From NCBI GenBank assembly GCA_964252035.1, contig OZ176206.1: a DNA stretch of 64,000 nt; one strand, written 5' to 3'. Source of the DNA: Podarcis erhardii (lineage: Eukaryota). The translations under genes were made by a program, and so were the position numbers. The notes under the pieces are model-generated. The model was not told where the DNA came from, did no database searches, and saw only the letters and a program-made list of their open reading frames with translations. Numbering within the stretch: the stretch's first letter is position 1; the number at the start of each line of letters is the position of its first letter. Shown here in pieces: positions 30,801 to 44,269 of this stretch.

Positions 30801-33761
30801 TGACCCCCCCCCCCCAGGATAAGGCACTTGCTTAGCTGCTTTGTAAAGCCAATTTATGTGACACTGCCTCTGCCCACATGCCTAGCAGGATGAGTGCCAC
30901 ATTGATCATTAGATCTGCAGCCGTTGGCTCGACCCACCAGTCTCATCTTGTGCTCTTTTGTCAAGGATGATAGGAGTTGTAGTCCAGCAACATTTCAAGG
31001 GCCACAGCTTGCTGATCCCTCTTTTGAATCCCAACATGTTTCTCCCCCAACCTTTGGAGCTATCTTAGGTCTATGCAGATGTATGCAGTTGGAATTGACT
31101 AATTAGTTCCTCCATTTTAAAGCTTGCATAATTAATTGGTTTACGATTAAATCGAGCAACCACACTTACCAGCAGGGGATTCATTGCCTGTGTTCTCATC
31201 ATCAGAGTCAGCAAAGACCTCCGCTAGCTCCTGGTCAGACATGTCTGTAAGCTCAGTTAGGTCCAGAAGGTCAAAGTGCACCTCGAGGGAGGAGACACTG
31301 CTCAAAGGTTCTGTGGAGACAAGATGTCAGTGAGAACCATGACCAGTTAGGCAGTGTGGGAACAGACGAGAAGGCCCTCTGATAGGGTCAGTTGTCCTGG
31401 ACTCGGACATGCCCTCCCCACACTGCAGATGGTCTGCAGATGGTCTGCAGACTGAGGCTGGAGAGGGAACACTGGCGAGTTAATGGCAGAGGCAAGATTT
31501 GAGCCAGGGACTTTCCTGATTCCGTAGCTCAGCCTTTTAGCCTCTGCACTTTAAATGAATGCAAAGTATGCTTCTTATTTGCGGTAAGCTCCCAGGTGGA
31601 CCTTTCTGCAGCTCTCAGGAGATGCAGCTGTAAGGGAGTCCAGGGTCTCAGGGGGAGTTGCTGAGCTGGGCTAGGGGCCCAAACAGGTCTTTGCCTTCTC
31701 CTACAGCCAGCAGAGAGCCAACTCCTTCCTTCCAGGTTTTACTTACGCCTGCGCTCCGCAACCTGCAGCAGCCCAGAAGTGGGGATTGGGATCCCTCCTT
31801 CTTCCTCAGCAGGGGGGCTGTGGGGCTCTTCCACCAGTCCATGTATGGGTACAATAATGGGGGCCAGCCGCTCTGGCGTTTGGGCCCCTTTAATCAGCTC
31901 TGAAACGACAAAGGATTGCATCTGCTTACAGGAGACATGGTAGGAGAGCAGAGGGAGAATCACTGCGCAGGCCTGATCAGACCCACCCGGCATCAGCATC
32001 CCTTTTCAGTTCAGGTGGATACAGTTAGGCTTGTTGGCCAACAGGTAGGAGAGGCCTGTTTCCCATACAAGCCCCCCCCCCCCAATTGGCAGGAAGGAAA
32101 CTGAGCGGGACTGCCCTTTGTTTCTGCAGCGAATTCTGGGAACAGACCCCTAAACTGACCACCAGCCTGGATGGCTACTAGCCACGATGGTTCTGCCTCC
32201 ACAGTCGGAGGCTGTAATGCTTCTGAAGACCACTTGCTGGGTGCTATTGTGAGGCATCTAATCATAAGCCTGCATTTTTATCAAAGCTTCTATATGTTTA
32301 ATCAGGGCTTGCATTTTAAAATAAGCTTAAAGATTTTCAAATGTTTCATGCCAGGCAAAAGACCAGCTGCCTAAAAGGCCTTGGCAATGTTTTTCCTCCT
32401 AGGAAAGGGGCCCCCTGATTTATAGCAGAAAAACAATTCTCAAAGTCATAAAAAAGGGAGTTACAGACCTGACCTTGCATGTTGCAAAGTACTAAATTAA
32501 GGGTGGATAAATGGGTAAAATAACACCATTTGCCTCCCAGTAAAATGAGCCATATCTTCTTCCTAAGGTTGAAAGGCCAAGAGCAATGGAGAAGCATCTA
32601 GCTGGCTGTGAAAGGAGGGGTGTAAACTGAAGAGGCTTCTTTTAAAGCTGTTTTTTACTGAGTTCCTTTTTTACTTTATTCCTTTTAAAAGGCTACCTAT
32701 GATAATGTATGAAATATATTAGCTTAAATATATTGGCTTAAATGTAATTATGCAAAGGATTTAAGAAATGCTAGATTCTTATTTCATAGAGTCATATTGC
32801 AATAGGAGACCAGAGGGGCAAATGAGCCCAGCCTCCTGCCAGACAGGAGACGCCATCGAGCACTCCTGATATATAGTTGTCAGGCCTTTTTGTTTAGAAA
32901 CCATCAAATGAAGGAGATCTTTCAATGTTGATGTGAACTCAAGATCCTTGACATCTGTTGAAGATAAAAATTTAAGATTAACCATCTGTTTTAGAAGGCA
33001 ATAGGGCAAGGAGGGCAAGAGGTGAGCTGGTAATTAAGATTCCTTGTTGAGACATATGTAAGATATATTACTACTTATTTGTCATTTATAGATGTAACAA
33101 TATATAGCTCTTTGTGTTCCATAAAAGGGCGAGGAAATGGGTGTATCTCTTGTGATTGGTTCTAGCAAACAGCCAATAGGAATTTCAACTAGGCTGATTG
33201 GACAGAGGCAGCCAAAGGAGGAGCAAGGGGGCTGGATTAAGGAAATATAAGTGCTGGCCAGAATGGCAGGAGGCCAGGCCAGAGCTTGGTAACCATGTAC
33301 CACTGAGCCTCTCATTTATTTGTCTGACAAATAAATTATTATTTTAATTTCTCTATTGCTGCGTTGAATATTTCATTCCAGCTAAGCGTTACCCACAAGC
33401 AGGGTGCTACAATTGCACTCAGGTTCTGCTTGAGGGTTTCCCACAGGCACCTCATTGGCCACTGTGAGAACAGGATGATGGACAGGCTTTTCTAATGCTT
33501 CTCTGTCCTTAAACTCCAGCTCCTTATCCAGGCCACTCCTGCAACTTATTCATGGCAGATGAGAAACCAAGGAACAACTTCCACCTCCCGCTTCTACCAA
33601 AGCTCAGATGTTGGGTCACCATTCGGCTGAGCTACAGCATTCCTCTTTTCTTTGGCTCTCCATTTTTGCATTTCTTCACCCTCCTGTGCTGAATTTGGCT
33701 GCAAGGATTAATCCAGCCTGCCGCGTCAACCATGTCTAGCTGCAACTTGGCTGTCTCCCCC

Positions 33762-33792
<31 letters not shown>

Positions 33793-36700
33793 ATTCCCTC
33801 CTTGCATCTAGCAGAGACTGGCACCATGTCAAAAGCGTCTCCCACGGTTCTGCCACTTAAACTTCAGCTTAAGATATTTGCTGTTGCTCTTCCTGCAGGT
33901 TCCTCCTGCAGCCTCACTCCTTAATAGCTTTCTGTTCGGCTCCAAGCCCTTAACCAAGCCTCTGCCAACCAAAGGCCTTCCAGATTCATGGATGGTAAGT
34001 CTGTCAGTGGCTCCTAGCCACGATGGCCATGCTCTGCCTCCACAGTCAGAGGCAACCTGCTTCTGAACAGCAGTTGCTGGGAATCAAAGTGAGGAGAGGG
34101 CTCTTGGGCTCAGCTCCTGCTTGAGGGTTCCCCACTGACATCTGGGTAGCTACTATGAGAAAAGGACGCCTGGCTGTACATCCATACATATAAAATTTCC
34201 TATGGAAATCTGTGCCCTCTTTTTTACGTAATTGGAATGCCAACCTGCAATACCCCTGTGGTCTTTGTCCTCTCATCTTCCCTTCCCATTTCCCTCTTTA
34301 TGTGGCTCCCGTTCAGGCCAAGCCAAGCCACACAGATGCACCTCTGCGGGCTCATGGTCTTAGAATCATATAATTGTAGAGTTGGAAGGGACCCGGAGGA
34401 ACATCTAAGTCCCACCCCCTGCAATGCAGGAATAGGCAGCTGTCCTATACTAAGGTTACCAGATTTTTAAAATGAATCCGGAGACACTTATTGTTTGCTA
34501 TGTACATGTGAATGCTGAGAAAGCTGTAAATCTGGGGGCTGTCCCCGGGAAACGGGGACATCTCGTAACCTTATCCTATACAGGGATCGAACCTGCAGCC
34601 TTGGCATTATCAGCACCATGCTCTAACCAACTGAGATATCCAGGCTTCAAAGCATCATTGTGCAGCTTTCTTCTAGGATGGGCACCCCAAACTGAAAAAG
34701 GGGGTAAATGAGCAAAGCTGCACAATCTGCCGCAAGAGGCTCTTTGCAGCTGTGAGGCTATTAACAAAGGGGCTGTGTTTGCAAAGGCAGACACCTGATA
34801 CACCCCTCCCTAGCCCTTGTTTCCTTCCTTCTCCTTGCCCTTTCTTCTGTTTGCTCAGCCTTGGATGAAGAGCTCATCCAGGAAAGGGGGAGGGGCCTTA
34901 TCTCCCCCTTCCCCAGTATTAAGCACCCCCTGCCTCATAACTCTAAAAGGACTCCTAGAGCTACCCAGAGAGATGTGGGACAAAACAGGAAGCGCAGCAG
35001 CTGGCTTTGCCTGAAGAGTGGCAAAGGAAGAAAGGTTGGCACTTTCTCCCAGGGCAATTTACAGATGGGTACCAAGAACCTGGGGCTCCTGCTAAGGAAC
35101 CAGCTGCTGCTGGGAGTTGCAATGACAAAAGACTGGTCTGTTTGAGAGCAGGGTGGCAGGCAGACCCAGAACAAAGCCTGGTCTGTCAGGAGGGAGGAAG
35201 ATGCCACCAGAGCCACTGTCCTGACTGTGAGCCATGGGCTGTGTGTGCTCAGATGTCTCCCCACTGACCCCCTACTCCATGGCCATCAGTTTTGTACCCA
35301 AGGGGTAGAAGACATGCCAGCAGCCTTGGCTTCGGTATGTGCAGGTAATCCCAGCAATGCAATTGCACAAGAGTCTAGAATAGTCACACAATGAGAGACT
35401 CTGAGCCAGCAGCTTTCCCCAACCTGATTCCCTCCAGCTGTTTTGGTGTATGATTTCCATCAGCAGCACTGGCTGGGGATGATGAGAATTGTGGTCCAAA
35501 ACAGCTGGAGGGCACCAGGTTGGGGAAGGCTCCTGTAGTAAATCCTATTCTTTGGTGTTCCCTGTAGGTCATAGCTCTGGTCTCCCCAGATGCTCTGATG
35601 AGACGTTCACTTTGCCCAGTGTTGGCAGCTAAGTCAGGGGCTTGTTGTGGTACACATGACCCTCCCCAGGAGCTAGGACTTTGCATGTGTGCCCCCTCTC
35701 CCTCTTTACATCATGGCTGGTGCCAGAAAGGCTGTGTCTGCACAGTCCACTCATATAAAGGGCTCAGCTAGAGAGACACAGAAAAGCAGAACCTCTGAGC
35801 TTGGGAAATCACTCTCCGCCTCATCCATTGTGCCAAGGCCACACACAGGCACTGCCCCAGCACTGTGCCAGCTATCAGGCAACTGGCACCCTACAACAGG
35901 GGCACATGAGGTTTGTGCTACAAATGATTGGCAGGCTGGGTCCTACCCGCTCATTCACAGGCAGGATGTTGGTGCTGTTACCCAGAACATAAATGCAAAT
36001 CCCAGCTAGCTAAGCATGCATGTTGATGTGCTGGCAGGACCCATGGTCAACGCTGCTCTCGTTTTTCACATCACTCTCCCCCACAAAACTACCCTCCTCC
36101 AGCACTTGTGTCCTGAATTTGAGTCCTCCAACGTACCCTTACATGATTGCAAGTGTGCGTGTATATGTGCACTTACAGAATTTTGCTGTAGCATCCCTGC
36201 ACATCACGCTGGAAAAACAAAGTGCTCTTTAATTTCCATGCCTCCTCCTCTCATCCACAGATGTGCAGCAGCAGCGCAATGTGCCCAGCAGGAGGAGGGT
36301 GGGGGAGTTGGGCATTGATTCCCAATAGAGATGTACTAGCAGCACTGAATGAAGCGAGGGGCAATATTCCCTAATGGACTGGAGCTAAGGGGAGAGGGAG
36401 CCCACAGCCCTTGCTTGCTCCAGGGGCAATGAAACTATTAGCATTGAGCAGAGAGAACAAGAAGTCTCCATTTAGCCAGCTCAAAGCAAGGGCAGTGAAA
36501 GGGGGAATTTCAGTGAGAGCAACATCTTCTTTTCCTGAGCTGCTGACAACATTTGGGGTTTGAGAATGCCTCCCAAACTACGTTGTGAGCAATCAAGCCA
36601 TGGATCCAAAGCTGCTGCTGCTGCTTCTTTGCTAGTTCTGCAGTCAGCATGCTCTGATCTATTTGATTGGGATGATGGGGCCCTGGGGAATACATGGACT

Positions 36701-39700
36701 AGTGTGGGTAACAATCTGGTTGTTTTTTAACCTAAGAGTCATGAAGGGGCTTTGGGGGTGCAGCACTGCCAGCAGAGGTGATGCTCATTTCAAAGGAGGC
36801 CCCCAACATCCAAGAGCATCCACTGTCCTTTTCCAACAGTAGAGACAGAACAAACACGCTTTTCTCCTAGCCCAAACAGAGCTGTTTATTTAACTGTGTC
36901 TGGATTCTGTCCAAACTCTTTGCATTTCATCCAACCCATTCTACAGGTTGCAGAACTCCTTGCTGAGTCAGAATTGCCTGTTTAACCTGCAGCAGCTCGT
37001 GGTGATCAGCAGATTCCACCTTACAAACAGCTCCAGAAAAGAGAAGTACCAGGGCTACGGTTTGTCTTGAAACTCACCCCCATTGGTTGGTTGATTTTGC
37101 TGGTTAATTTTCTGCGTACATATGTAGTCTGCTTTCCTGGTAAAGTGGCCACCAATGCAACCATTTAAAATCATCTTAATAACCAAACTAAACAAAATTA
37201 AGACAGATGTTTAACCAGCTAAGTATTTGGGGATTTGCTGCATCCCAGTGGTAAACAAAATATTCTCTGCACATGTTCAGAGGTGCTGAACATGTTCCTC
37301 ATTCTGCAGCTGAAACCTGGCATGGGAACCATTTTCTGGGCATATCTGGAATTTTGAGGGCGTGCCAATGCCTCTTATCCCGTCTCTCCCTAGAACATCC
37401 CCCATCCCGAGAGACAGAAAGAGTGAAAATGCTCACACGCACACATATGCGTTCTGCTTTTCCAAAGGATCTAAATAAAATACGTAATCTGAGCCTTGAA
37501 AAACATATAGAAGTGAAAGAGGATGTGGGAAAGAGCAACATTCTTCCAACTTCCTCCTTTAGTGCTATAGCTATACACTTTTCAAGGGGAGAAAGTAGGA
37601 CCACCCCCCTCACAACTTTACAGGCAATAAGACATTGAATGTGGGTGGGTAGGCCAAAAGCCTTTGTGGACACCCAAGCAAGACCTCAAGGGTGCCATTG
37701 TGCTCATGGGTGCCAAGTTGCCAACTCTTGGCTTGTGTACGTGTATTATTATATAGATTCACATGTTATTCCAGTCTAGGGGAAAGGACAACAATTCCCC
37801 CCAACTCTTCTTGCTGAGCAGAAGTTGCCAGTCTGAGTCAGGATCCTCTTTTCTTCTTTACAGTATTGACTCATCCTTAAGCCTTGGTTCCTTTTTGAAA
37901 TATCACTGATATGCTTTTGGTTGGCTCAAAACAAACACAGTAGCCCAGACTCAGGAGGTCACTAGTAACAGCCACATCTAAATGTCAGATTTATTTCTCT
38001 AAAGGAGGATATGCACTGTTAATAAGGAAATTTTCCTGCTGCTGGGGGTGGGGGTGGGGCAGGAAAGAAGGGACATGCTGTGTTAAAGGGTCTTATTTCT
38101 GCTTGCTCCCCAATGGAGCACCATAATGCAAAAATCATTCCTTCATAGCGCGTTTCTATCTCTAACAAAAGAGTTTTAGATAAGGTTTTGTATTCTCATG
38201 TGCCTGCTGCTTTTATGATCTCTTCTGCTTCCTCTGAAATGAATGCATATCCTTCCCCATCTACCCCACCAGTCTCCATCTCCCTTCCCTCCCTCTGTTG
38301 CCTCTTCTGTGTCAGAAATGTAGGCTGCAAAGCAGGGGCAGGGACAACCTGCGGCTCTCAGGCTCATTGCAAAAACGCTCTGCAAGCCATCAGTTCAAGC
38401 CTCTGACAAGAGGGATCTGTTCCTCCCCTGGCAGTCTGCTGGGTGGAGAGGGAGAGGAAGCAAGAAGAGGGGTGTCAGAAAGAGAGAGGAGGGGTGTCAG
38501 AAAAAGACGAGGGGGGGAGGAGGATGTCAAAAAGACAGAGAGAACAAAGGGTGCCAGAAAGAGACAGTGGTAGGCAGGGGAGGGGGAGAAGGGGCTGCTG
38601 GAGACAGGGAGAGGTGGAGAAGAAGGGGTGCCTAAAAGTGAGAGAGAAAATAGGCAGCAGTGGAAAAAATGGATAGCAAAAACAAAGAAAAGGAAATGTC
38701 ACTGCCCATTTTTGACCCTAGCCCCACCCACTGCTGTTATCTGTTTTGCCAACCAACAGTATGTAAACCCTACAGATCACCCTATGGAAGGAGGCCCTTG
38801 CCTTGATAGAGAGAGAAAAGTTCTTTGCTGCTCCTGCCAATGAATGCCTGGACTCCTCCTGCTCAATAGATTCCTCACCTATCTGTGCCAATAGGAGGCT
38901 GGTCTGCGCCAGCCCTTGTGTATGTAAAGTGGCCCCCGAGGGCTGGACTCCAACAGGAGAGGTTCTGCTAACTCCAACTATACTAGAGCCATCCCTGGGT
39001 GTCAGATGAAATGCCTCTGGCCAGATCTTGGAATCAGGTTTGAAAATGTGTGCGTGTTTAAATGTTAAAATCGTGCCAATGCATTATAAGGCATTAATGT
39101 TAAGCATCTGCTTGCCAGATTCAGAAATTGCATCCTTCTTCTGAGGCTCCTAAATCTGACAGCATCCCTAACGGAAAATGTTGAGAAGGAATCCAATTAG
39201 GAGAATTTGCTGGTGACTGTTGAGTTGGAAGGACTGGAGCTGTCTGGGGAAATCACCCCAGCTGCTCTGCGCTGGCTGCCCCTTCCCCCTGCAGCCCCCT
39301 CCCCAATCTACATCCTCCCCCCAAAAAGGAGGGAGCCTGCCTGCTTCTCTCAACTCCCATCATCTCAGCTCCTCTCCCAGCCTGCCCCCTCCAGCAGAAG
39401 GAAGGGGGCTTGGAGGAGGGGTGTGTGTGTGGAGATTCTCACAACTGCTGCTGACTCATATTACGTGAAAGGCGCTCCAGGTCACCGGGCCTGGACTGAT
39501 GGAAGCTGCGCGTTTGGTACGGGGAATAAACGGCTGGCTGCGGATACTCAAAGCAAGAGCTGCCAGGAATCAGGCCAGTCAGAGATGGAAGCCTTTCCAT
39601 AAATGTGTATGGGGTGGAGTGAGGGGAGGAGGAAGAGAGCAGGGGCCTGAATGAAATTCACGCTTTATCTCTCCAATACTATTCAGCACCCCTTCCCGCC

Positions 39701-40938
39701 CCCTGCTGGTGGCCAAGAGAGTTGGGGTAAAAGGGCAAGACACGCATCAATCAGCAGCTCAAGCCCTGGGGAGGGTGCTGGTTGAGTTTATTCAGCGAAA
39801 AGAGCACATGCTCAAGGGCGCTCTTGTGCGAGGCCTGTAATTAAAAACAAGCAAAGCCCAGCGGGGTCCTGGGCCAACTCGCCTCATCCTGAGCCTTTGT
39901 GAAGCACAAGGGGGCCCTTGTTGCGGGTTCCGATGCTGGGCCTGTCTCGGCATCTTCCCAGCGGCAGAGCAGCAGCGAGGAGGCGCTTCCCTCCGGCGGC
40001 GGAGCCCCAGCCTGCCCGCGGGGTTGCCCTAGTCAGGGGAAGGTGGCAGGGCATCGGGCTGCTGGGCTGCCTTTCCTCGCCTGCTGGGCTCCAGATGTGG
40101 AACAGGGACGATACCCTCGAGGGAGGGGTGCCCCAGCTGGGGCAGCTGAGAGACCTTCTGCCTGCTTCTAGGAGGGATAGGGAAGAGATCTTTCTCCAGC
40201 TTGGAGCAAAGTGGAGAGGGCGCACACTACTTGCCCTGGGCAAGACCCCTGGAACTGCTGCCTCCCTCCCGCTCCACTCAAAGCAGCCGGCCAGGCTACT
40301 TGCAGCCCCAAGTGCCAAGCAGGCGCCCCGCAAGGCAGCCAGCTCCGCCGGGCCCTCCAAGTAGGCATCACCCCGGAGCCTCTTGCAAAGCGGCAATGGA
40401 CAAACGCGCCCAAAGGCGACCTCCCCACCGCGCCCAAGGCAGCCACACCCTCCCCGGCCCCGAGGTCCAGGCTCCACTCCGGGAGCATTCCGGTCACACC
40501 CCACTGCGCGCCCCATCCATCCTCTGCGGACACACTCCGCGGCGCCTCGCCTAAGTTGGGGGCGCGCGGATCCCCAAGGCGCCCTCCGCCCGAGTCACCA
40601 CCAACTAGCCACTGGCCGGGTGATCCCTATGATTTGCGGCCGGGGACTGGTCAGTCCACTTGGGGACCCTTCCTGGCCAGCGCGGGGAGGGAGAGGATGG
40701 CGGCCCCGTCCAACTGCCCCCTCGGAGTGTCCGAGGCGCCCTCCTGCCCGTCCGGACAGCTCCTGCGCAGCAGCGCCCGCTGCAGGCGAGACGGAGCCCC
40801 TCACCGCAGCATCGGGGCGGCGGCCCCACTTGCTCCAGTGATCCACCAAGCTAGGGAGCGAGGGCGCCCGCTAGGGCTGCGTCCCCCGTCGCGAGCGGCG
40901 CACTTACCCGGGGTGGCGGCCCCTCCCGGCCCCTCCAT
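27841..40938 (-). CDS. DBNDD1: Dysbindin domain-containing protein 1; 4 coding exons, 164 aa
   Basis: Exons 40938-40908 ([10 protein letters not shown]), 31899-31747 (...[20 protein letters not shown]), 31310-31170 ([40 protein letters not shown]), 28010-27841 ([12 protein letters not shown]...[12 protein letters not shown]); all GT-AG, phases 1/1/1, total 495 nt. Confidence 0.95.
28089..28214. mobile_element. Short hAT-like MITE
   Basis: Degenerate TIRs aggactgccgtatgtccgga / tccaggtatatgacagcct; no TSD seen. Confidence 0.45.
28611..28867. mobile_element. Tc1/mariner-type (Tc2/pogo-like) MITE
   Basis: TA-flanked degenerate TIRs taccgtatttttccatgtataacac / tcttatagatgaaaagtacagta. Confidence 0.6.
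33045..33411 (+). mobile_element. Probable solo LTR in DBNDD1 intron 1
   Basis: TG...CA ends, clustered CCAAT/ATTGG boxes, TATAAG and then AATAAA in LTR order; no clean TSD. Confidence 0.5.
33762..33789. repeat. (TG)n microsatellite
   Basis: Directly visible. Confidence 0.9.
34369..34641 (-). mobile_element. tRNA-derived SINE (Squam3-like), interrupted by a MITE
   Basis: Minus strand has a tRNA-Ile-like head (tcagttggttagagcatggtgctgataatgccaaggctgcaggttcgatccc) and the tail ...ggtcccttccaactctacaattatatgattct. Confidence 0.75.
34451..34573. mobile_element. hAT MITE (123 bp) nested in the SINE
   Basis: 14-bp TIRs taaggttaccagat / atctcgtaacctta (1 mismatch); exact 8-bp TSD tcctatac at 34443-34450 and 34574-34581. 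Confidence 0.9.
38445..38700. repeat. Purine-rich (GA/AG) low-complexity tract
   Basis: Near-absence of pyrimidines with repeated gggtgtcagaaa units. Confidence 0.7.
39697..39709 (-). promoter_or_regulatory. CTCF core motif CCAGCAGGGGGCG
   Basis: Exact match to the CCASYAGRKGGCR consensus on the minus strand. Confidence 0.6.
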
Positions 40939-41400
40939 GTGTCCGGGCTGCTGCAGCCGCTGCGCTCGTGCGCTCCTCCGCCTGACGAGCCGTCGCCGCC
41001 TCCGTGCGCGCTGCTCTGGTCACTGCACCAGCCGCGCCAGCAGCCCGAGCGCTCATCGCCGGGGAGGAGCAGGAGCGGGCCCGGCCGGCCGGCCGGTTCG
41101 GGCGGGGGGGCGAGGCAGGAAGGCAGGCGCAGCAGAGCAGCAGCGGCCGCGGCAGCCCCCCACCTCGGCCGTCGAGGAGCGCCGCTAGGCACTGGCCGAG
41201 GGGAGGGGACGGGGGCGGGCTGCGCGGGAGGCGGCCGCGCCAGCGAGCGAATGGCTCGCCCGCCGGTCCGCACCACCGGCTCACCCAGCGGGCTGCTGGG
41301 CTGACTTGGGCGTTCGGCTCCCTCCGGAACCTTTTCCGACCGCCTCGCGAAATCGGAGCCCTGGAACGTCGAAAAGCTGAGCGCCTCTGAGCACGTGCAG
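40170..41400 (-). promoter_or_regulatory. DBNDD1 CpG island / promoter
   Basis: Very GC- and CpG-rich; contains coding exon 1 and GC boxes. Confidence 0.75.
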
Positions 41401-44269
41401 AGTTCCCGGCGCAATCCGCATCCCGCTGAAGTCAGGGGAAGAGACCTTCTGGATGGCAGGCTTGCAGCTGGGCTGCTGGACCCATGGCCAGGGAGAAGCA
41501 GAGACGGAGGCCTCCTTCAGAGAGGCGGGGAGAGGGCGCTGCGCGGCCTTCACTCCTTTCTTGTGAGGACCCCGGAGACAGCACTGGGTGAAGACAGCCC
41601 TTGGTCTCACCCAGAACCTTAGCCTTGTTTTGACATTCTTATGGAGAAGTCTGTTGCTAAGAACGAAAAACCTCCAGTTTCAGGGACAGTCTACCAGAGC
41701 ATTTCAGTTGCTGGGTGGGGCAACAGCAGAGGAGGGCTGGGAGTTGTGGGTTTGAGGGTGGAACGAAGATGATGCCTGTGGGCATCAGACTGAGCACTGC
41801 AAGAAATTCATAAAGAATAAGGCTGTCCAGGACTGCTGATTATGATGGCCTGTACAGGATCAGATGCAGCTGATAGGAGTCACAGGTGAGGAGACAGCTC
41901 CTGTTGTACTTAAGTTCCACTTCTGGGCTTCCCATTGGGGCACCTGGCTGGCCACTGTGAGAACAGGGTGTGGGAGTAGATGGGCCTCCAGCAAGGCTCC
42001 TATTACGAATTTACTGCACCCCCAATAAATCTTTGGACTCCCTAGGACAGCACCACTTCTCTGTGTAGACATTAAAACCCGCCTGTCTCCCACCAGGCTC
42101 AGTATCCCTGGGGAACCAGCAAGCCCAGATGGAAATTTGCTTTTCTGTTTTTTCTGGAAGAGCCACAGAGAAGCTTCTTTCTCATCAGTCATACTTTGCA
42201 CCTCCCATGTCCCCAGCGGGGAATGGAGGGAAGCTGGCTGCCAGCTGAGCTGCACTAGGCTTTTATTCCAGTCTCTGGCTACAAAACCTCCATTTTCTTT
42301 ATCCCACCCCACTCTACTCCACCCCACCCCCAAGCAAGAGCTTCTAAAAACAGATCCAAGCGGAAAGCCCCAATTAAGCAATGCCAACAGGAGAAACCCC
42401 CTGGCTGTTGTCTTCCTGGAACAAGGTATCCGTGCAGGACCGAAGCAGAAGGCAGAAGTCTAAACACTGCTCTAGCAGGCTTAGGGTGAAAGCGAATAGT
42501 GGGAATCAATGTGCCATAGGCAATGCATGGCATCCTAAGCTAGGCAACTGGGTCCCAATGTTTCCTGGAATCCAGCCTCTATCAGAAATCCTTTAGTTCC
42601 ACCATAGAATAAATACAAATCAAATAACTCAGTGAAATAATGGTTGATTAGTTGACCCTGCAGGTGCACTCTGCACACTGTCAGAAGTGCTCTCCACATA
42701 GCTGTGTGAAGCAGCAGGTCACCCTTTTTCACTGGTGGGGTCACTTTGCTTGCTTACCCGTTTCCTTCCTTCTCACCACATGAATCTCAACAAATGTTAC
42801 TCGCTTAGGGTCAAGACCAGCCTCCCCCAGCTTGGATCCTCTAGATATTTTGACCTGCAACTCCTGTCAACTCCAGCCAGCACAGCTGTGCTCCCATCAG
42901 CCCCCAGCATCCTGCAGCTCTGCTGGCTGGAGGTGATGGGAGCTTTAATCCAGGTTTGGAAAGGTTGGCTAATGCAGGAGCTGCATGTCCCTGGCCTCTC
43001 TGGGAGGTCAAAGTGGTCCATTCTGTGTACAGTACACAAATAGCTTCTACCATCAGTACCAGAGGGAACAATGCCATGACGGACGACCCCTCAGTGGGCT
43101 AGGGGTGCACAGGTGGACAGAGCTGATGAAGGGAAGCCTCTTAGCCTGGGCAACCAAGCAATTTAGCTAGAGGATGGGGCTTCTGGGTACGGTAATTAAC
43201 ACAAGGCCATTGGGGTCAAGGCTAAATGTGAGGCCATTGTTTCAGCCTTGGAGATTAAAACAAACTTCGAGAGCTCAGCAGGCAAAGCTGAGGAGGCCTG
43301 TAATTGGACTCCACCTGCCTCTCTCTCATTGCCTCTGCCTAAATCACTCAAAATCTTGTTTCCTGGCTCAGACACTTTCTGCTCCTCTTCCTGATTCCCC
43401 CTACCACCACCTTGGTGATAGCCCCTCCTAATCTCAGAGTGCAATTGAGAAACAGGTTACCTAGTGGTTAAAGAAGTGTGCTCTCCACATACCCAGAAGC
43501 ATTTTCCTTGTTCTCAGTGGACATTTTTCTGGGCTGAGCTCCAGCATCCCAGACTCAAATTGGTGGTTACTCAAGAGGGTGTGGGGGCAAAACGCAGGGA
43601 TGAGGAATCTGTGGCTCTCCAAATGTTTCAGGATTCCAGCTCCCATCAGCCCCAGTCCAACATAGTCAGTGGATAAAGGCAATGCAAGCAGGAGACAAAA
43701 CTACCAGGAGGTCCCCTAGTTTTAAAGCACAGTTGCAGCAAAATCAGCAATGGGCAAATATTTTCAATAAGCATCTGCAAATGGTCCAAGTAATTCCTTG
43801 ATCTAAACCTCTAATGTTTTGATACTTGTCCTATTCCTGTCACTGTATTTCGTTGCAATGGACTGTGATTAAAAGCAATAAAAACGACTTGCTTGCTTGT
43901 TTATACATTTATGCATACTGTGCCATCTTCCATGGTGCCTTGTAGGGTTGCACAGGCGGCGAGGCAGCTTCCCTGCTCCCACAGAGCTCACCACCTAAAA
44001 CTGCAAGGAAACCCGCAGAGGTGGCGGCGGCGGTAGGCAGCTGCCCTTACTAGACATCAATGAATTCTTATTGCTATTGTCGTCGTCGTAGCCAATTGAG
44101 TCATAAACCTTCCTTGTTTTGCTGCATCACTGGCAAGGTCTGCCTCCACCATTTCCCAGCCCTAGAAGTCCCACAGAGTCCCATAGGGCTTACTCCCAAG
44201 TCAGAAGAAGGCGCAGTTCATCTTCCAAGGGCTGCAAGCGAGGATGAGGCTGACAACGGGCAAGGGGTG

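Noticed and set aside
34585-34641. tRNA-Ile-like sequence as a real tRNA gene
   Set aside because: Degenerate stems, and it continues into a SINE body and tail.
39682-39690. TTCAGCACC REST/NRSE left half-site (also near 53959)
   Set aside because: The right half (GGACAG) is absent at the canonical spacing.
40211-41414. Long GC-rich ORFs (325 aa, 187 aa and others) over the DBNDD1 CpG island
   Set aside because: Low-complexity Ala/Arg/Pro/Gly products on both strands, as expected from stop-codon depletion in GC-rich DNA; only the 31-nt exon 40938-40908 has homology.
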